Shown piece by piece: positions 1 to 13,662 of a stretch of DNA of 64,000 nucleotides. The stretch's first letter is position 1. Each line of letters begins with the position of its first letter. The DNA lies in the NCBI RefSeq assembly GCF_006345805.1, contig NC_043022.1, positions 11,966,001 through 12,030,000 of the forward strand. Direction: 5' to 3'. The position numbers and the translations under genes were made by a program. The notes below the pieces were generated by a model. The model saw nothing but the letters and a program-made list of their open reading frames with translations. It made no database searches and was not told the origin of the DNA. The DNA is from Octopus sinensis. Taxonomy: Eukaryota.

Positions 1-324
1 CCAATATCTGGCATTCCCTGCTACTCCATGGATGCTGCAAATGCATTATCTTTTCCTTGTGACACATCCACAAGTGGAGAGGTTTGTAAGGGTACCTGGA
101 GCCAGGCAGATGCTGCTGGAAACAGCCCAGGCACAGCAGAGGTGGTGAAGTTATTGTCTCTGCAATATCATTGACTGATGATGAAAAAGGCAAACCAGGG
201 GGCTGGTGGATAAGGGTAGAGTTAAGAGGCTTCATGTGGGGTTAGAGCTGAAGTGGGAGATTACATGGGAGGTAAAAAAAAACCCAGAGTGGCAAGGGCT
301 GATGGATCAGGACAAAGATAGGAG

Positions 325-548
325 TTAACCCTTTCATTACTGTATTTATTTTGAGATGCTCTGTGTTTCTTTCAATTATTTTAAATATAACAAAGGACTT
401 TGTAAAATAACTTAGTTATCATTAAGCTAGTGTTTGGAACATAAATTGTGACTAAGGCTTGGTGGAATATTTTAATTCAAAACTTATGAAAGCAGGACAT
501 TTTACCACAGAGCCAGAGCCGGTTTTGGCCGGGTTAGTAACAAAAGGG
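325..548. mobile_element. piggyBac-type MITE, family P1
   Basis: TTAA+CCCTTTCATTAC ... GTAACAAAAGGG termini, ~220 bp, with homologous copies elsewhere in the window. Confidence 0.75.
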
Positions 549-595
549 TACAACAACAACAAAAACTCAAAAGGAAATATTAACAGTCAACTCAC

Positions 596-763
596 CCCTA
601 AATATTCCTCTTCATTGAACAACTGTGGTGGGAGGGCTGCTTCATTGCCACACAACGAACGCATCTTGTTTTTGTCCTCCACATCCTTGGAAATGTCAAT
701 TTCGGTAAATTCAATGTTTTTGGAATTCAGAACGGTTTTAATGCTTTCAATCTTTTTCTTGGT
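596..763 (-). CDS. SH3BGRL3: SH3BGRL3-like protein, coding exon 2 (TKKKIESIKTVLNSKNIEFTEIDISKDVEDKNKMRSLCGNEAALPPQLFNEEEYLG)
   Basis: Acceptor ttttttgtgcag| and donor GGG|GTGAG bound 168 nt (56 codons). It aligns without gaps to SH3BGRL3 IKSQQ...VDIS...MR...PPQI.N...Y.G. The final exon (DY..F..A.E) was not found in 1-595. Confidence 0.93.
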
Positions 764-883
764 CTGCACAAAAAAATAGAACAAAAAAAATCCAGTTTAT
801 AAACTGAATGACAACAGTAACTTCATTTATACAAATTCATCTGGGTTTTTTTTAATGTCCATTTTTTTTCATGCAAGCATAGG

Positions 884-1400
884 TCTGGAAGCTGTTCAGC
901 GACGTGCAACCAAAAGAATACCCTCCATCAGGCATTTGCCATATTCTGAACGCCTTACTTCCCTGGGCATGGACACATTGAAACTCCGACGTCTGGCAGC
1001 TGACTTGGCAGACACCCATAAAATTATCAACCATCTTACAAACAATAACTCTGAGCACCTTTTCAAACTCCACCCGTTTAACACCCGTGGACATATTTAC
1101 AAAATCAGAAAACAGCACAGCTCCCATGACTTCAGGAAACATTTTTTCACGCTGAGAGTTGCTGAAGCGTGGAACAAACTGCCGGCATCAGTTGTTAGTT
1201 GTCGGAGCACTGCATCCTTCAAAACTTCCATGCTTCCTGAGATTCGCCAACACTACACCTGATTTTCTCCCCTCCATACACACGCAAGCATTGTTCGCTT
1301 TTCAGACATTTGTACATTACTGCATGTACTTTATACGCACTTTCTGACAAGTTGTGGTGCACCTGAGCACTGTATACAATTAATTTCATTATTATTATTA
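884..1400 (+). mobile_element. CR1-type LINE 3' fragment (ORF2 C-terminus + 3'UTR)
   Basis: LEAVQRRATK..YSERL..L..LRR..DL..RGH..K..RKHFF..RV..WNKLP motifs and an (ATT)n tail. The same 3' end occurs on the minus strand at ~44450-44520. Confidence 0.9.
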
Positions 1401-1786
1401 TAATATTGAGGCAGTATTGTTTTACAGGAGGACAGTTTTCCTGTCGCTAACCCTTACCTGTTTTCCAAGTAAGGGAACTCTTATTCTACACACCTTCAAA
1501 GACACAAAGCTAGCAGATAATTTGCTGACAGGAGAAATGACAAGAACTTCACTGCTTGCAGCTCAGCAATTTTTGGAGAAGTCAAAATGCAAACAAACAC
1601 ATATACACATCATATTTACTCGTGTATAAGTTGCACTTTTTTATTCCTGATTAAAAATTTAAAAAACTGGAAAAGTGGCCCTCAAAAAATGTCGAGGATT
1701 TATTATAGAGAAATCACTATTAAACTTCATGGAAATATCTCCAGCATTGTAAATATTTTTGTGTATTTGGTTTCATAAATTTCACT

Positions 1787-2175
1787 AGGCGTAAGAGTTG
1801 CTGTGTGGTAAGTAGCTTGCTTATGAACCACATGGTTCCGGGTTCAGTGCCACTGCGTAGCACCTTGGGCAAATGTCTTCTACTATAGCCTCAGGCTGAC
1901 CAAAGCCTTGTGAGTGGATTTGGCAGACGGAAACTGAAAGAAGCCCGTCATATATATGTATATGTATGAATATATGTATGTGTATATGTTTGTGTGTCTG
2001 TATTTGTCTCCACCAACATCGCTTGACAACCCGTAACTTAGCGGTTCAGCAAAAGAGACCGACAGAATAAGTACTAGGCTTACAAAGAATAAGCCTTGGG
2101 GTCAATTTGCTCAACTAAAGGCGGTGCTCCAGCATGGCCACAGCCAAATGACTGAAACAAGTAAAATAGTAAATA
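1787..2175 (+). mobile_element. tRNA-derived SINE, family A
   Basis: A/B-box-like head (GCTGTGTGG...GGTTCAGTGCC), CCTTGGGCAA core, internal (TA/TG)n; about 10 homologous copies in the window. Confidence 0.85.
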
Positions 2176-2395
2176 GTAGTAGTAATTTCAAACTGTTTAG
2201 CAGTCTAGACTCTACCTGCATAAGGGGCCATGTCTCTGCTAAAAAAGGAAAATAACAACAAAAAAAAAAACCCTGAATATTCTGTTATGCCTGTGGCCAT
2301 CCTCAGAGAGGAACTGTTAAAAGTGAGTAAAGCTGGCATTATCAGTGTACCCGATCAGGTGGTTGAACAAACAAAAATAAAAGACTGTTCTAATT

Positions 2396-2721
2396 TTTTA
2401 AAGACTCCGCCGGTTACGACGACGAGGGTCCCAGCTGATACGATCAACGGAACAGCTTGCTCGTGAAATTAACGTGCAAATGGCTGAGCATTCCACAGAC
2501 ACGTGTACCCTTAACGTAGTTCTTGGGGATAATTAGCGTGACACAGAGAGTGACAAGGCTGACCCTTTGAAATACAAGTACAACTCATTTTTGCCAGCTG
2601 AGTGGACTGGAGCAACGTGAAATAAAGTGTCTTGCTCAAGGACATGTGTCGCCGAGAATCGAACTCACAACCTTACGATCATGAGCCGAATGCCCTAACC
2701 CCGAAGCCACGCGCCCTCACT
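2396..2721 (-). mobile_element. tRNA-derived SINE, head 1 + tail X
   Basis: tRNA-like head with GTTCGATTC B box; 12-bp TSD ACTGTTCTAATT (2384-2395, 2722-2733). Confidence 0.85.
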
Positions 2722-3446
2722 ACTGTTCTAATTACAAAACACATGCTTGTACATATACCGACCGACATACACAGCTATGCATTTGTACACACAAAGGTTA
2801 ACCAGAAAATAGGAAGTGAGGCGAAGTCCATAAAAAAAGTTACTGTCTGTGAGAGAGGAACGACTCAGGGAGAGATTGACTGGAAATACCATTGAACAAA
2901 GAAAATTGCTAATAACACACACTGACATTATATATACATATATATACATATATATAGATACGTAGATCAGATAGGCACTCACACACACACACAGAGTAGT
3001 CAGTGTGTTTATAGGCAGAAACAAAGTAGTTACTGTAGAAATACTTTCAGCAAATAACACCACCAACAAGCACTAATTAATACCATTGCTAATAATAGCA
3101 TTCCTAATATTAACGACAGGCTGAAAGAGAGAAGGGTTTAGTTGATTAAATCCATGTCATTAACTAAATACCACAAGGTACTTTATTTGATGTTCCTCTG
3201 ATTGTGACATTATTGTTTCTAATATCGGTACAAGGAAAGCCACACAGGTTGCGGAGGCAAAGATTGTATGACCCAGGACATAAATGGTACTTTATGTCAG
3301 AGGTGTCAGTTCGGCATGGGGAAAGATAACTCCCCTCCACTAGTACATAATAATAATAATAATTAATTCTGGTTTTATTAGCCACAAGGGCTAACATAAA
3401 TCAAAAACAAGTAAGGACAAACACAGGATGAAAAGTACAAAGAGTT

Positions 3447-4500
3447 TTGCTCCAATCTGATCTGGCGGTTTCTACAGCTGGATGCCCTTCCTAACGCCAA
3501 CCACTCTGAGAGTATAGTTAAGTTAATTTTTGGGCTCAAAAAGCAAAAAGCAAGACCATGTAGGGGGACATGGAGTTATGTACAGGGAGGGTGTTCATGC
3601 AAAGAGTTCAGGCCATTTCTGGTCAAGAGAGACATTGAACCGAGCGGTCGTCAGCATCTTCACTATCTCGTCCGGCAGCTTATTCCACGAATCCACAACC
3701 TGGACGGAGAAAGCCCCTCTCCTTCGACTGAGATGAAATCGTCGCAGTAGAGCTTTTCAGAGTGACCCCACAGCCGACGCTCTGGAGCAGGAGTGATGGG
3801 TGCTTTTACATACCAACGGTACAAGGGCCAGTCAGGCGGTACTGGCAACAGCCACGCTCAAATGGTGTTTTTTACGTGCCACCTGCACAGGAACTAGTCC
3901 AGCGGAACTGGCAATGACCTCGTTCTAAAGTTGTTTTTCACGTGCGACTGGCACAAGTGCCAGTAAGGCGACGCTGGTAATGATCACACTTGAATGGTAC
4001 TTTTTATGTGCCACCGGCACGGAAGCCAGTCAGTGGCCCTGGCAACGATTAGCTCGGATGGTGCTCTTAGCACTCCATTAGCACGGATGCCAGTCATGCA
4101 GTGCTGTCATTGAATTTGATTTCACATTCACTCGCCTCAACAGGTCTTCGCAAGCAGAGTTTAGTGTCCAATGAAGGAAAGTTATGCATAAGTGGACTGG
4201 TTACACCCCTGGCATAGACCAAGGGTTATGGTCTCACTTGGCTTGCTGGGTCTTCTCAAGCACAGTATATTTCCAAAGGTCTCGGTCACTAGTCATTGCC
4301 TCGGTCAGGCCTAATGTTCAAAGGTCATGCTTCACCACCTCATACCAGGTCTTCCTGGATCTATCTCTTCCACAGGTTCCCTCAACTGCTAGGGTGTGAC
4401 ACTTTTTCACACAACTATCCTCATCCATTCTCACCACATGACTATACCACCGCAGTCGTCTCTCTTGCACACCACATCTGATGCTTCTTAGGTCCAACTT
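3447..4500 (-). mobile_element. RTE-type LINE 3' portion (disrupted ORF C-terminus + long 3'UTR), interrupted by a CR1 fragment
   Basis: Minus 4500-4234 translates to ERRLRWYSHVVRMDEDSCVKK...GRDRSRKTWYEVVKHDL*..MTSDRDLW, an RTE C-terminus. It is followed by the repeat found many times with a (GAT)n tail. Confidence 0.85.
3518..3795 (-). mobile_element. CR1-type LINE 3' fragment, second family
   Basis: TPAPERRLWGHSEKLY...WNKLPDEIV; homologous to 15040-15320; splits the RTE 3'UTR at gagagtatag|tgggtgc. Confidence 0.85.
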
Positions 4501-4515
4501 TTATATATGTATATA

Positions 4516-4557
<42 letters not shown>

Positions 4558-4592
4558 GGTAAGAAAGTTGGTATGTGAAAGCACGTGGTTGA

Positions 4593-4784
4593 ATATATAG
4601 AAAGTAGTAAAAAGTGAAAAAACTCCAGAAGGCTTGTTTTAAAAGGTTAAAAAATATATATTTGAGTCAATATGTCTGAAGAATGTTATAACATTCTTCA
4701 GACATATTGACTCAAATATATATTTTTTAACCTTTTAAAACAAGCCTTCTGGAGTTTTTTCACTTTTTACTATTTTCTATATAT
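4593..4784. repeat. Near-perfect 192-bp palindrome within (TA)n
   Basis: 96-bp arms with no loop, centre GTTA|TAAC at 4688/4689; one mismatch seen. Confidence 0.95.
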
Positions 4785-4949
4785 ATATATATGGGCTTCT
4801 ACAGAGTTTCTGTCAGCAAAAATCACAAAGCATTAGTTGGCACAGGTTTGTTGTAGAAGACAGTTGTACACAGTGCCATGCAGTGGGACTGAAACCAGAA
4901 GCACAAGGTTACAAAGCAAGTTTTTTAACCAGACACCCATGCCTACACA

Positions 4950-5422
4950 TCTTTTACTCTCTTTTACTTGTTTCAGTCATTTGACTGCGGCCATGCTGGA
5001 GCACTGCCTTTAGTCGAGAAAATCGACCCCCCCAGGACTTATTCTTTGTAAGTCCAGTACTTATTCTATCGGCCTCTTTTGCCGAACCGCTAAGTGACGG
5101 GAACATAAACACACCAGCATCAGTTGTCAAGCAATGCTAGGAGGACGAACACAGACACACAAACATATATATATATATACATATATACGACAGGCTTCTT
5201 TCAGTTTCCATCTACCAAATCCACTCACAAGGCATTGGTCAGCCCGGGGCCACAAGGGCTAACATAAATCAAAAACAAGTAAGGACAAACACAGGATGAA
5301 AAGTACAAAGAGTTTTGCTCCAATCTGATCTGGCGGTTTCTACAGCTGGATGCAGTGGGACTGAACCCGGAACCATGTGGTTGGTAAGCAAGCTACTTAC
5401 CACACAGCCACTCCTGCGCCTA
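4950..5422 (-). mobile_element. SINE family A with a 105-bp templated insertion
   Basis: Homology to other family A copies; 5249-5353 is a copy of 3381-3485. Confidence 0.85.
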
Positions 5423-5989
5423 GGCATATGTATTATTGTAATAATATGGCTGATGAGAACTTCAAAGACAAAGTGGCATGGCCATATCCTCCATAATCCT
5501 CTATCTGTATTTATCAGTAACAACCATGCACACACACACACACGCGCTCATATACACATACACTTATACACACACACACACACACATATGAAGTGTGATG
5601 GGAAGTTTGAGAGAAAGTGAGAGTGAGAGATTAGATTGGTGTGTAACACAGAAATATGATATTCATGCGAGGAAGAGAGCAAATGAAAGGTTGTGATGTA
5701 TTAGAGAGAGAGAGAGGGAGGAAAGAGAAATGGTGTAATAGAAAAAGAGAAAGCGTGGGGAGGGGAAAGATGGGGGTGATGCGTAGGAGAGAAAGAGTGA
5801 GAGATAAAAAGTGATGTATGTCGGAAAGAGAGAAAGAAAAAGGGTAATGTATGTGAAAGAGAGAGAAAGAGAGAGGGGTGAAGTGGGAGGTGTGTGCAAA
5901 AGATGATGTGTAACGGACAAGTGTAGGTGGTGCATTCAATTAGATTTTAGATTCACTGTGTGTATTGCCATACATACATCTATAGTTTT

Positions 5990-6695
<706 letters not shown>

Positions 6696-7436
6696 ACACA
6701 CAGACTGGCACAATAGAGATAACTGTTTATAAACAATGGCTTGAAAGTTTCAGCTCACCTACATTGTACATACATACACACACTCACACACACACACACA
6801 TATATATATATATAGAGAGAGAGAGAGATAGATAGAATCAGACACATATATCCAGATAAACACTAATACATTTGCACACACACACACACACACACCTACA
6901 CAGACATATAGATTCAGACACATCTACATATTCACACACATACATACAGATAACCATGCACATAGAATCTAAACATTCACACTCACACACCCACACACTT
7001 GGACAGATATATAGATAGGCAGCTAATACATATACATACACTCTTATAGCAATATACATCATCAACAACACAGACACAAGCTTGACTACAAACACACACA
7101 CACATACACAAATATATATGTCCAGACAGACCACACACACACAAGTCAATAAGGGAGCGGTTACAAGATTGCTCAACCTCTTAGAAAAAGCAGTCAAATT
7201 ACCTAAAAATTATGTCATACTGTCTTAAAACACACACACACACACACAAGCCCACACAGACACACATGCCTACACATATGCAATGTAGATCAAAGGGTGG
7301 TGGGTACAATGTCCAGCAGTGATGGTCATAGTTGGAGTATCTTTCCTCATAGGTCAGCTCACTGACAGTTGACCTGAGGCGAAACAATAACCTAATACAC
7401 AAACAAAGAGATCAGTTATTTCAGATATTCAGCTGG

Positions 7437-7487
<51 letters not shown>

Positions 7488-7549
7488 AGAGAGGAAGCTG
7501 GACAGGATAGCTTTAGAGGATTTGGTGGCCTAATTACCACTGACCACAT

Positions 7550-7890
7550 ACTCTCTTTTACTCTTTTACTTGTTTCAGTCATTTGACTGCAGCCATGCTG
7601 GAGCACTGCCTTTAGTCGAGCAAATTGACCCCGGGACTTATTCTTTGTAAGCCCAGTACTTATTCTATCGGTCTCTTTTGCCGAACCGCTAAGTGACGGG
7701 GACGTAAACACACCAGCATCGGTTGTCAAGCAATGCTAGGGGGACAAACACAGACACACAAACACACACACACATACATATATATACATATATACGACAG
7801 GCTTCTTTCAGTTTCTGTCTACCAAATCCACTCACAAGGCATTGGTCGGCCCGAGGCTATAGCAGAAGACACTTGCCCAGGATGCCACGC
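7550..7890 (-). mobile_element. SINE family A, 5'-truncated
   Basis: Homology to family A. Confidence 0.85.
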
Positions 7891-8401
7891 ACAATAATTT
7901 ATAATTATAAAGAGGTGTTGACTTTATGTTTGATAATCAAAATTACATTTTATACATATTTGATAATTATAATAATATAGAAAAACTGGTTAAATATTTT
8001 GGCAATTATATTTGATAATTGTAACAAAATAAAGGCTGACCACATATTTGAATATATACATAATGATATGGAGGGACTGAATAGATGTTTGGTAATTATA
8101 ATTATAAAGGAGTGTTGACCACATGTAAACGAGTGTTGACCACATTTCCCAGACCAAGTGGCATGATGTATTCTAGAGCAAAGCACTTCATTTCATGTTG
8201 CTCCAGTCCCCCCCCTTTCAATCAGAGGAGAATGTTGGCCTGCTTGTTGAGCCAGTGGGTCAGTGTCATTCAAAGGCTAAAATGATGCAAAGTGCATTGT
8301 GAGCAGCGATGTGCAACAACATTTGATAGTCTGGTCAGTTACATGGCCAGCTGTGTTCGTGCAGAATGATGTACAACAGCGATGGAATATTTACACCTAT
8401 C

Positions 8402-8820
8402 AAGAGAACCATCCGAACGTGGCCGTTGCCAGCGCCGCCCCGACTGGCTTCCGTGCCAGAGGCAAGTACAAAGCACCATCCGATCGTGGCCGTTGCCAGC
8501 CTCGCCTGGCCTCCGTGCCGGTGGCACGTAAAAAGCACCATCCGATCGTGGCCGTTTGCCAGCCTCGCCGGTGGCACGTAAAAAGCACTATCCGATCGTG
8601 GCCGTTTGCCAGTCTCGTCTGGCACCTGTGCCGGTGGCACGTAAAAAGCACCCACTACACTCATGGAGTTGTTGGCGTTAGGAAGGGCATCCAGCCGTAG
8701 AAACATTGCCAGATCAGACTGGGCATGGTGCAACCTTCTGGTTTCCCAGACCCCAGTTGAACCGTCCAACCCATGCTAGCATGGAAAGCGGACGCTAAAC
8801 GATGATGATGATGATGATGA
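8402..8820 (+). mobile_element. 5'-truncated RTE 3'UTR copy (family B)
   Basis: GGTGGCACGTAAAAAGCACC modules, GGCGTTAGGAAGGGCATCCAGCCGTAG block, (GAT)n tail. Confidence 0.85.
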
Positions 8821-8889
8821 TCAAATGATATCAAGACAAAGAGACACAAACACACACCCACATGCATATACATTCTTCTATTCTTCTAT

Positions 8890-9260
8890 TCTTTTGACTG
8901 CGGCCCTGCTGGAGCACCGCCTTTAGACGAGCAAATCGACTCCAGGACTTATTCTTTGTAAGCCTAGTACTTATTCTATCAGTCTCTCTTGCTGAACCGC
9001 TAAGTGATGGGGAAGTAAACACACCAGCATCAGTTGTCAAGTGATGTTGGGGGGACAAATACAGACACACAAACATATATATATATATATATACACGATG
9101 GGCTTCTTTTCAATTTCCGTCTACCAAATCCACTCACAAGGCTTTGGTTGGCCCGAGACTATAGTAGAAGACACTTGCCCAAGGTGCCACGCACTGGGAC
9201 TGAACCCGGAACCATGTGGTTGGTAAGCAAGCTACTTATCACACAGCCAATCCTGTGCCT
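8890..9260 (-). mobile_element. SINE family A
   Basis: Homology to family A. Confidence 0.85.
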
Positions 9261-9651
9261 ACATACATACATACATACATACACATACATACCTACCTAC
9301 CTATCTACATACGTACATATCTTTTAACTCTTTCACTACAGAAAGCAATTTTATGAACCAATCTATCTCCTGTCGAAGAATGTCATGTTTGAAACTATTT
9401 TTTGTGGTGAGATATCAAGTTTGCTGAGACAACATGACTGGCAGAAAATACCGATTCTATCTAGATATTTAACACCATTACTGAAACAACCAGGAAATTT
9501 AATTCTGTAGTTTAAGGGTTGACATTTTTATGGCAGAAATCAGATACATCCATCCAAAATTTCATTTCCCTAAACCACAGAAGGCAGTTTTATACAGTAG
9601 TCTATTTCTGGTTGAGGAATGTCATGTTGGAAGCTATTTTCTGCTGTGATA

Positions 9652-10205
9652 TACTCTTACTTGTTTCAGTCATTTGACTGTGGCCATGCTGGAGTACCAC
9701 ATTTAGTCTAACAAATCGACCCCAGGACTTATTCTTTGTAAGTCTAGTACTTATTCTACCAGTCCCTTTTGCTGAACTGCTAAGTTACAGGGACGTAAAC
9801 ACACCAGCATCGGTTGTCAAGCGATGTTGGCGGGACAAACACAGACACACACACACAAATATATATATATATATATATAATCCATTCTTGTTGCTTTTTT
9901 TCTTGTTTATAATCACCCCACATTGTTTTAGGGTTAATACCATATAGATTTCTGGTGCATCTAAGTTAAGTACCGCATTCATGTGAATTCATTGGAACTC
10001 ACTTGAATCTTAATTGTTTTTGCTGAATATATATATATATATATATATACGACAGGCTTCTTTCAGTTTCCGTCTACCAAATCCACTCACAAGGCTTTGG
10101 TCGGCCCGAGGCTATAGCAGAAGACGCTTGCCTAAGGTGCTATACATTGGGACTGAACCCGGAACCATGTGGTTGGTAAGCAAGCTACTTACCACACAGC
10201 CACTC
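9652..10205 (-). mobile_element. SINE family A with a ~150-bp insert in its (TA)n
   Basis: Homology to family A; the insert at ~9880-10030 is related to ~44525-44620. Confidence 0.8.
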
Positions 10206-10355
10206 GAGTTTGCTGAGACAACATGACTTGCAGAAAATACCGATTCTATTTAGATATTTAACATCAATACCGGAATAACTAAGAAATTTAATTTTGCAGT
10301 TAAAGGCTTAATAATAGTTTGAGCCAAAGGGCTGCAATCATAACTTAGTGCCACC

Positions 10356-10579
10356 TTAACCCTTTCGTTACTGTATTTATTTCAAGATGCTGTGTTTCTT
10401 TCAATGAATTTTAAATATAACAAAGAATTTAGTAAAATAACTTAGTAATCATTCAGCTAGTATTAGGAACATAAATTGTGACTAAGGTTTGGTAGAAGAT
10501 TTTAATTCAGAACTTATGAAAAGACTTTTGTACTCAGAGCCAGAGGCAGTTTCAGCCGGGTTGGTAATGAAAAGGTTAA
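10356..10579. mobile_element. piggyBac-type MITE, family P1
   Basis: TTAACCCTTTCGTTAC ... GTAATGAAAAGGTTAA, with TTAA on both sides. Confidence 0.8.
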
Positions 10580-11776
10580 AGAGTTCTTTATAGTGAAACA
10601 TATCACCCCCCCAGTTTTAATTTTTTAAAGTCTGGTACATATTCTGTTGATCTGTTTGTTGAATTACTAAGTTACAGTGACATAAATAAACCAACACTGG
10701 TTGACAGGTAGTGGGTGGAGGGAAAAAAGACAGAAACACACGCACGCACACACACACAACAAGCTTCTACACAATTTCCATCGACCAAATTCACTCACAA
10801 GGCATCGGTTGTCCCAAGGTGCCATGCAGTGGGACTGAACCTGGATCCACATGATTGAAAAGTGAACTTCTTAACCACACAAGCATGACCATCCCATCTT
10901 TTTAAAGGCGTAGTATGTCTACAATCACATTATCCAAATATGTCCTTTTTTTCCAAGAAGATAGGGTAGGCTTCAAGGAAAGCTTTGGCTGCTATTTTTA
11001 GCAGGTTATGGCTAAGTACAATATATGGCATGTGGAACGTGGGGTACTTTTGTATGTTTTAATGTATACACAAACATTCGACAAATTCAAATGCTCTGAA
11101 TATTTCCTCTTTGATAAGATTTCTATCAAAATGTACACAAGACACTCAACACACATACACAAATCTATAGATACAAGTTTCAAATTTCAGGTTGTTTTTC
11201 TTTCTTTCTTCCTTCTCTCTCTTCTCCTCCCATCTTTCCTCTTTTTTCTATATACACACATACAAATAACAAAACAAAAACACATCCTCTTCCACTTTTG
11301 TATAAAAGGCAAAGAAATTTTCTGTAACACTTATTAACTGAGGAGTCTTCATGAATGAAATGAAAGCACTAATGAATAATTATCCAAAATTCTGACTACC
11401 ACCGTTTTCTTAATATATAAAATCTGTACATCACTTGAAACAATCTTTCTCTCTCTCTCTCTTATATATATATATATATATCAGTAATAATATAGGGTGA
11501 AATCAATTAATTTGGAATAATCATTAATTTCACCAAGTAGATTTCGGCATGTAAAAGCCCCATTCGAGGAGCTATAACTCTTTTAGTAGAAGGAATAGCT
11601 ATAACTCTTTGACTGCTATTTCTAAACTCGGTGTGTGGTGAGGCAAATCGTTGCTAAACCCTTAATTACTTAGTATATATATATATATATATATCATCAT
11701 CATCATTTAAAGTCCACTTTCCATGCAAGCATGGGTTGGACGATTTGACTGAGGTCTGGTAAACCAGACTACAATC

Positions 11777-11837
<61 letters not shown>

Positions 11838-12099
11838 TTGTATAATGTGATGTGGTAGTTAAAGAATTAAGTATAAGTTAAGGCTTGATGGTGATGTAGA
11901 CAGTTGAAATGAGAGAGAGAGGGGGGACAAAGAGAGAGAGGGGGATAAAGAGAGAGAGAGAAAGAGATAGAAAGACTTATTTCCTTCTTCCTCTCCATTT
12001 TCAGAATCTCTTTCTCTACCTCCACACCTCACAAAACAAGTACTTATTTGTTTATAGTTTATTATTATTATTATTAAGCCTTGTGCCTATAATAGAAAG

Positions 12100-12720
12100 G
12101 CTTAGGTCTTGCATGTACTCGTCAAGTGTCTGGGCATTACTGACTTGCGGAGCTTTGTTGAACAGCTGTTGGCACATGTAGGACAGATCCGCTTATCAGC
12201 TGAGTCCATCAGGAAGATCGCCCCGCCGCCTTCATTTGACCAGGAAGGAAAAGCAGTTTCCCTCTGTCTGGTGGCTATGGCGAAGGTGGTAGTGTGGTGG
12301 ACGAGACTGAAAGGACTGCAGACAGAGCCTTTCCTCTTTGGCCAAGCCCTCATCAACTTGAAAAGGGAAGTGAGGGTGAAGTGGGAAGTTCTCCCCCACC
12401 ACCCATTCACCAGTATTTTTGTCGAAAGGTAGGTGAACGCGGCAAGGATGGCCATGTGAATGGGCTTACTCTGAACATTCGCTTGTAAATCGGAGGAGTT
12501 GAGGAGAGAGGTGCCTACTGAGGTGCACCTGGCGCTTGGGGTAACCAGAATGTGCGGGATTCCTTGGTTGTCCCTGTAAGGAACTCCCGCTTTCGGGGAA
12601 TTTTTATTATTTGATTTTATTGTTAATTGTTATTTATTGTATACTTGACATTGTTCCAAACTCCACTTGTACCTTCTATTGTCCCTATTTTGTGTTTGGC
12701 CCTTGTGGGCAATAAAACAA
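12100..12720 (+). mobile_element. Tx1/L1-type LINE 3' fragment
   Basis: HVLVKC..(end of CCHC knuckle)..VEQLL...LVAMAKVVVWWTR resembles a Tx1/L1 ORF2 C-terminus. The T-rich 3'UTR ends GGCCCTTGTGGGCAATAAA. Confidence 0.7.
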
Positions 12721-12757
12721 TCATCATCATTATTATTGTTATTATTATTATCATCAT

Positions 12758-13020
12758 TTGGCCTCTATACCGGTGGCACGTAAAAAGCACCATCCGACCG
12801 TGGCCGTTTGCCAGCCCCGTCTAGCACCTGTGCCGGTGGCACGTAAAAAGCACCCACTACCCTCACGGAGTGGTTGGCGTTAGGAAGGGCATCCAGCCGT
12901 AGAAACACTGCCAGATCAGACTGGGCCTGGTGCAGCCTTCTGGCTTCCCAGACCCCAGTTGAACCGTCCAACCCGTGCTAGCATGGAAAGCGGACGCTAA
13001 ATGATGATGATGATGATCAT
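12758..13020 (+). mobile_element. 5'-truncated RTE 3'UTR copy (family B)
   Basis: Homology to family B; (GAT)n tail. Confidence 0.85.
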
Positions 13021-13147
13021 CATCATCATCATTGTTTTTACCATTTCCTTTCATTGGATTTAAGTTCAAATCAAACAAATAGTGAAATAATTATAATTTT
13101 TCAGTCACTGGATAGCAGCCAAGCTGGAACACTACACACATATACAT

Positions 13148-13662
13148 ACTCTTTCACCTGTTTCAGTCATTTGACTGCGGCCATGCTGGAGCACCGCCTT
13201 GAGTCAAACAAATCAACCCCAGGACTTATTCTTTGTAAGCCTAGTACTTATTCTATCGATCTCTTTTGCCGAACCACTAAATATGGGGACGCAAACACAC
13301 CAGCATCAGTTGTCTTGCTATGTTGGGGGGACAAACACATACACACATATATATCATCATCATCATCATTTAGCATCCGCTTTCCATGCTAGCATGGGTT
13401 GGATGGTTCAACTGGGGTCTGGAAAGCCAGAAGGCTGCACCAGGCCCAGTCTGATCTGGCAATGTTTCTACGGATGGAAACATTATATATACATATAAAC
13501 GACGGGCTTCTTTCAGTTTCTGTCTACCAAATCCACACTCAAGGCTTTGGTTGGCCCGAGGCTATAGAAGAAGACACTTGCTCAAAGTGCCACGCAGTGG
13601 GACTGAACCCAGAACCATGCTGTTGGTAAGCAAGCTACTCCTACCACACAGCCACTCCTGCA
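13148..13662 (-). mobile_element. SINE family A with nested family B tail (13355-13475)
   Basis: Homology to both families. Confidence 0.8.

Noticed and set aside
1-320. SH3BGRL3 exon 3
   Set aside because: No DY..F..A.E-like peptide or suitable acceptor on the minus strand.
459-779. Plus-strand 106-aa ORF
   Set aside because: Antisense shadow of the real exon, starting inside a MITE.
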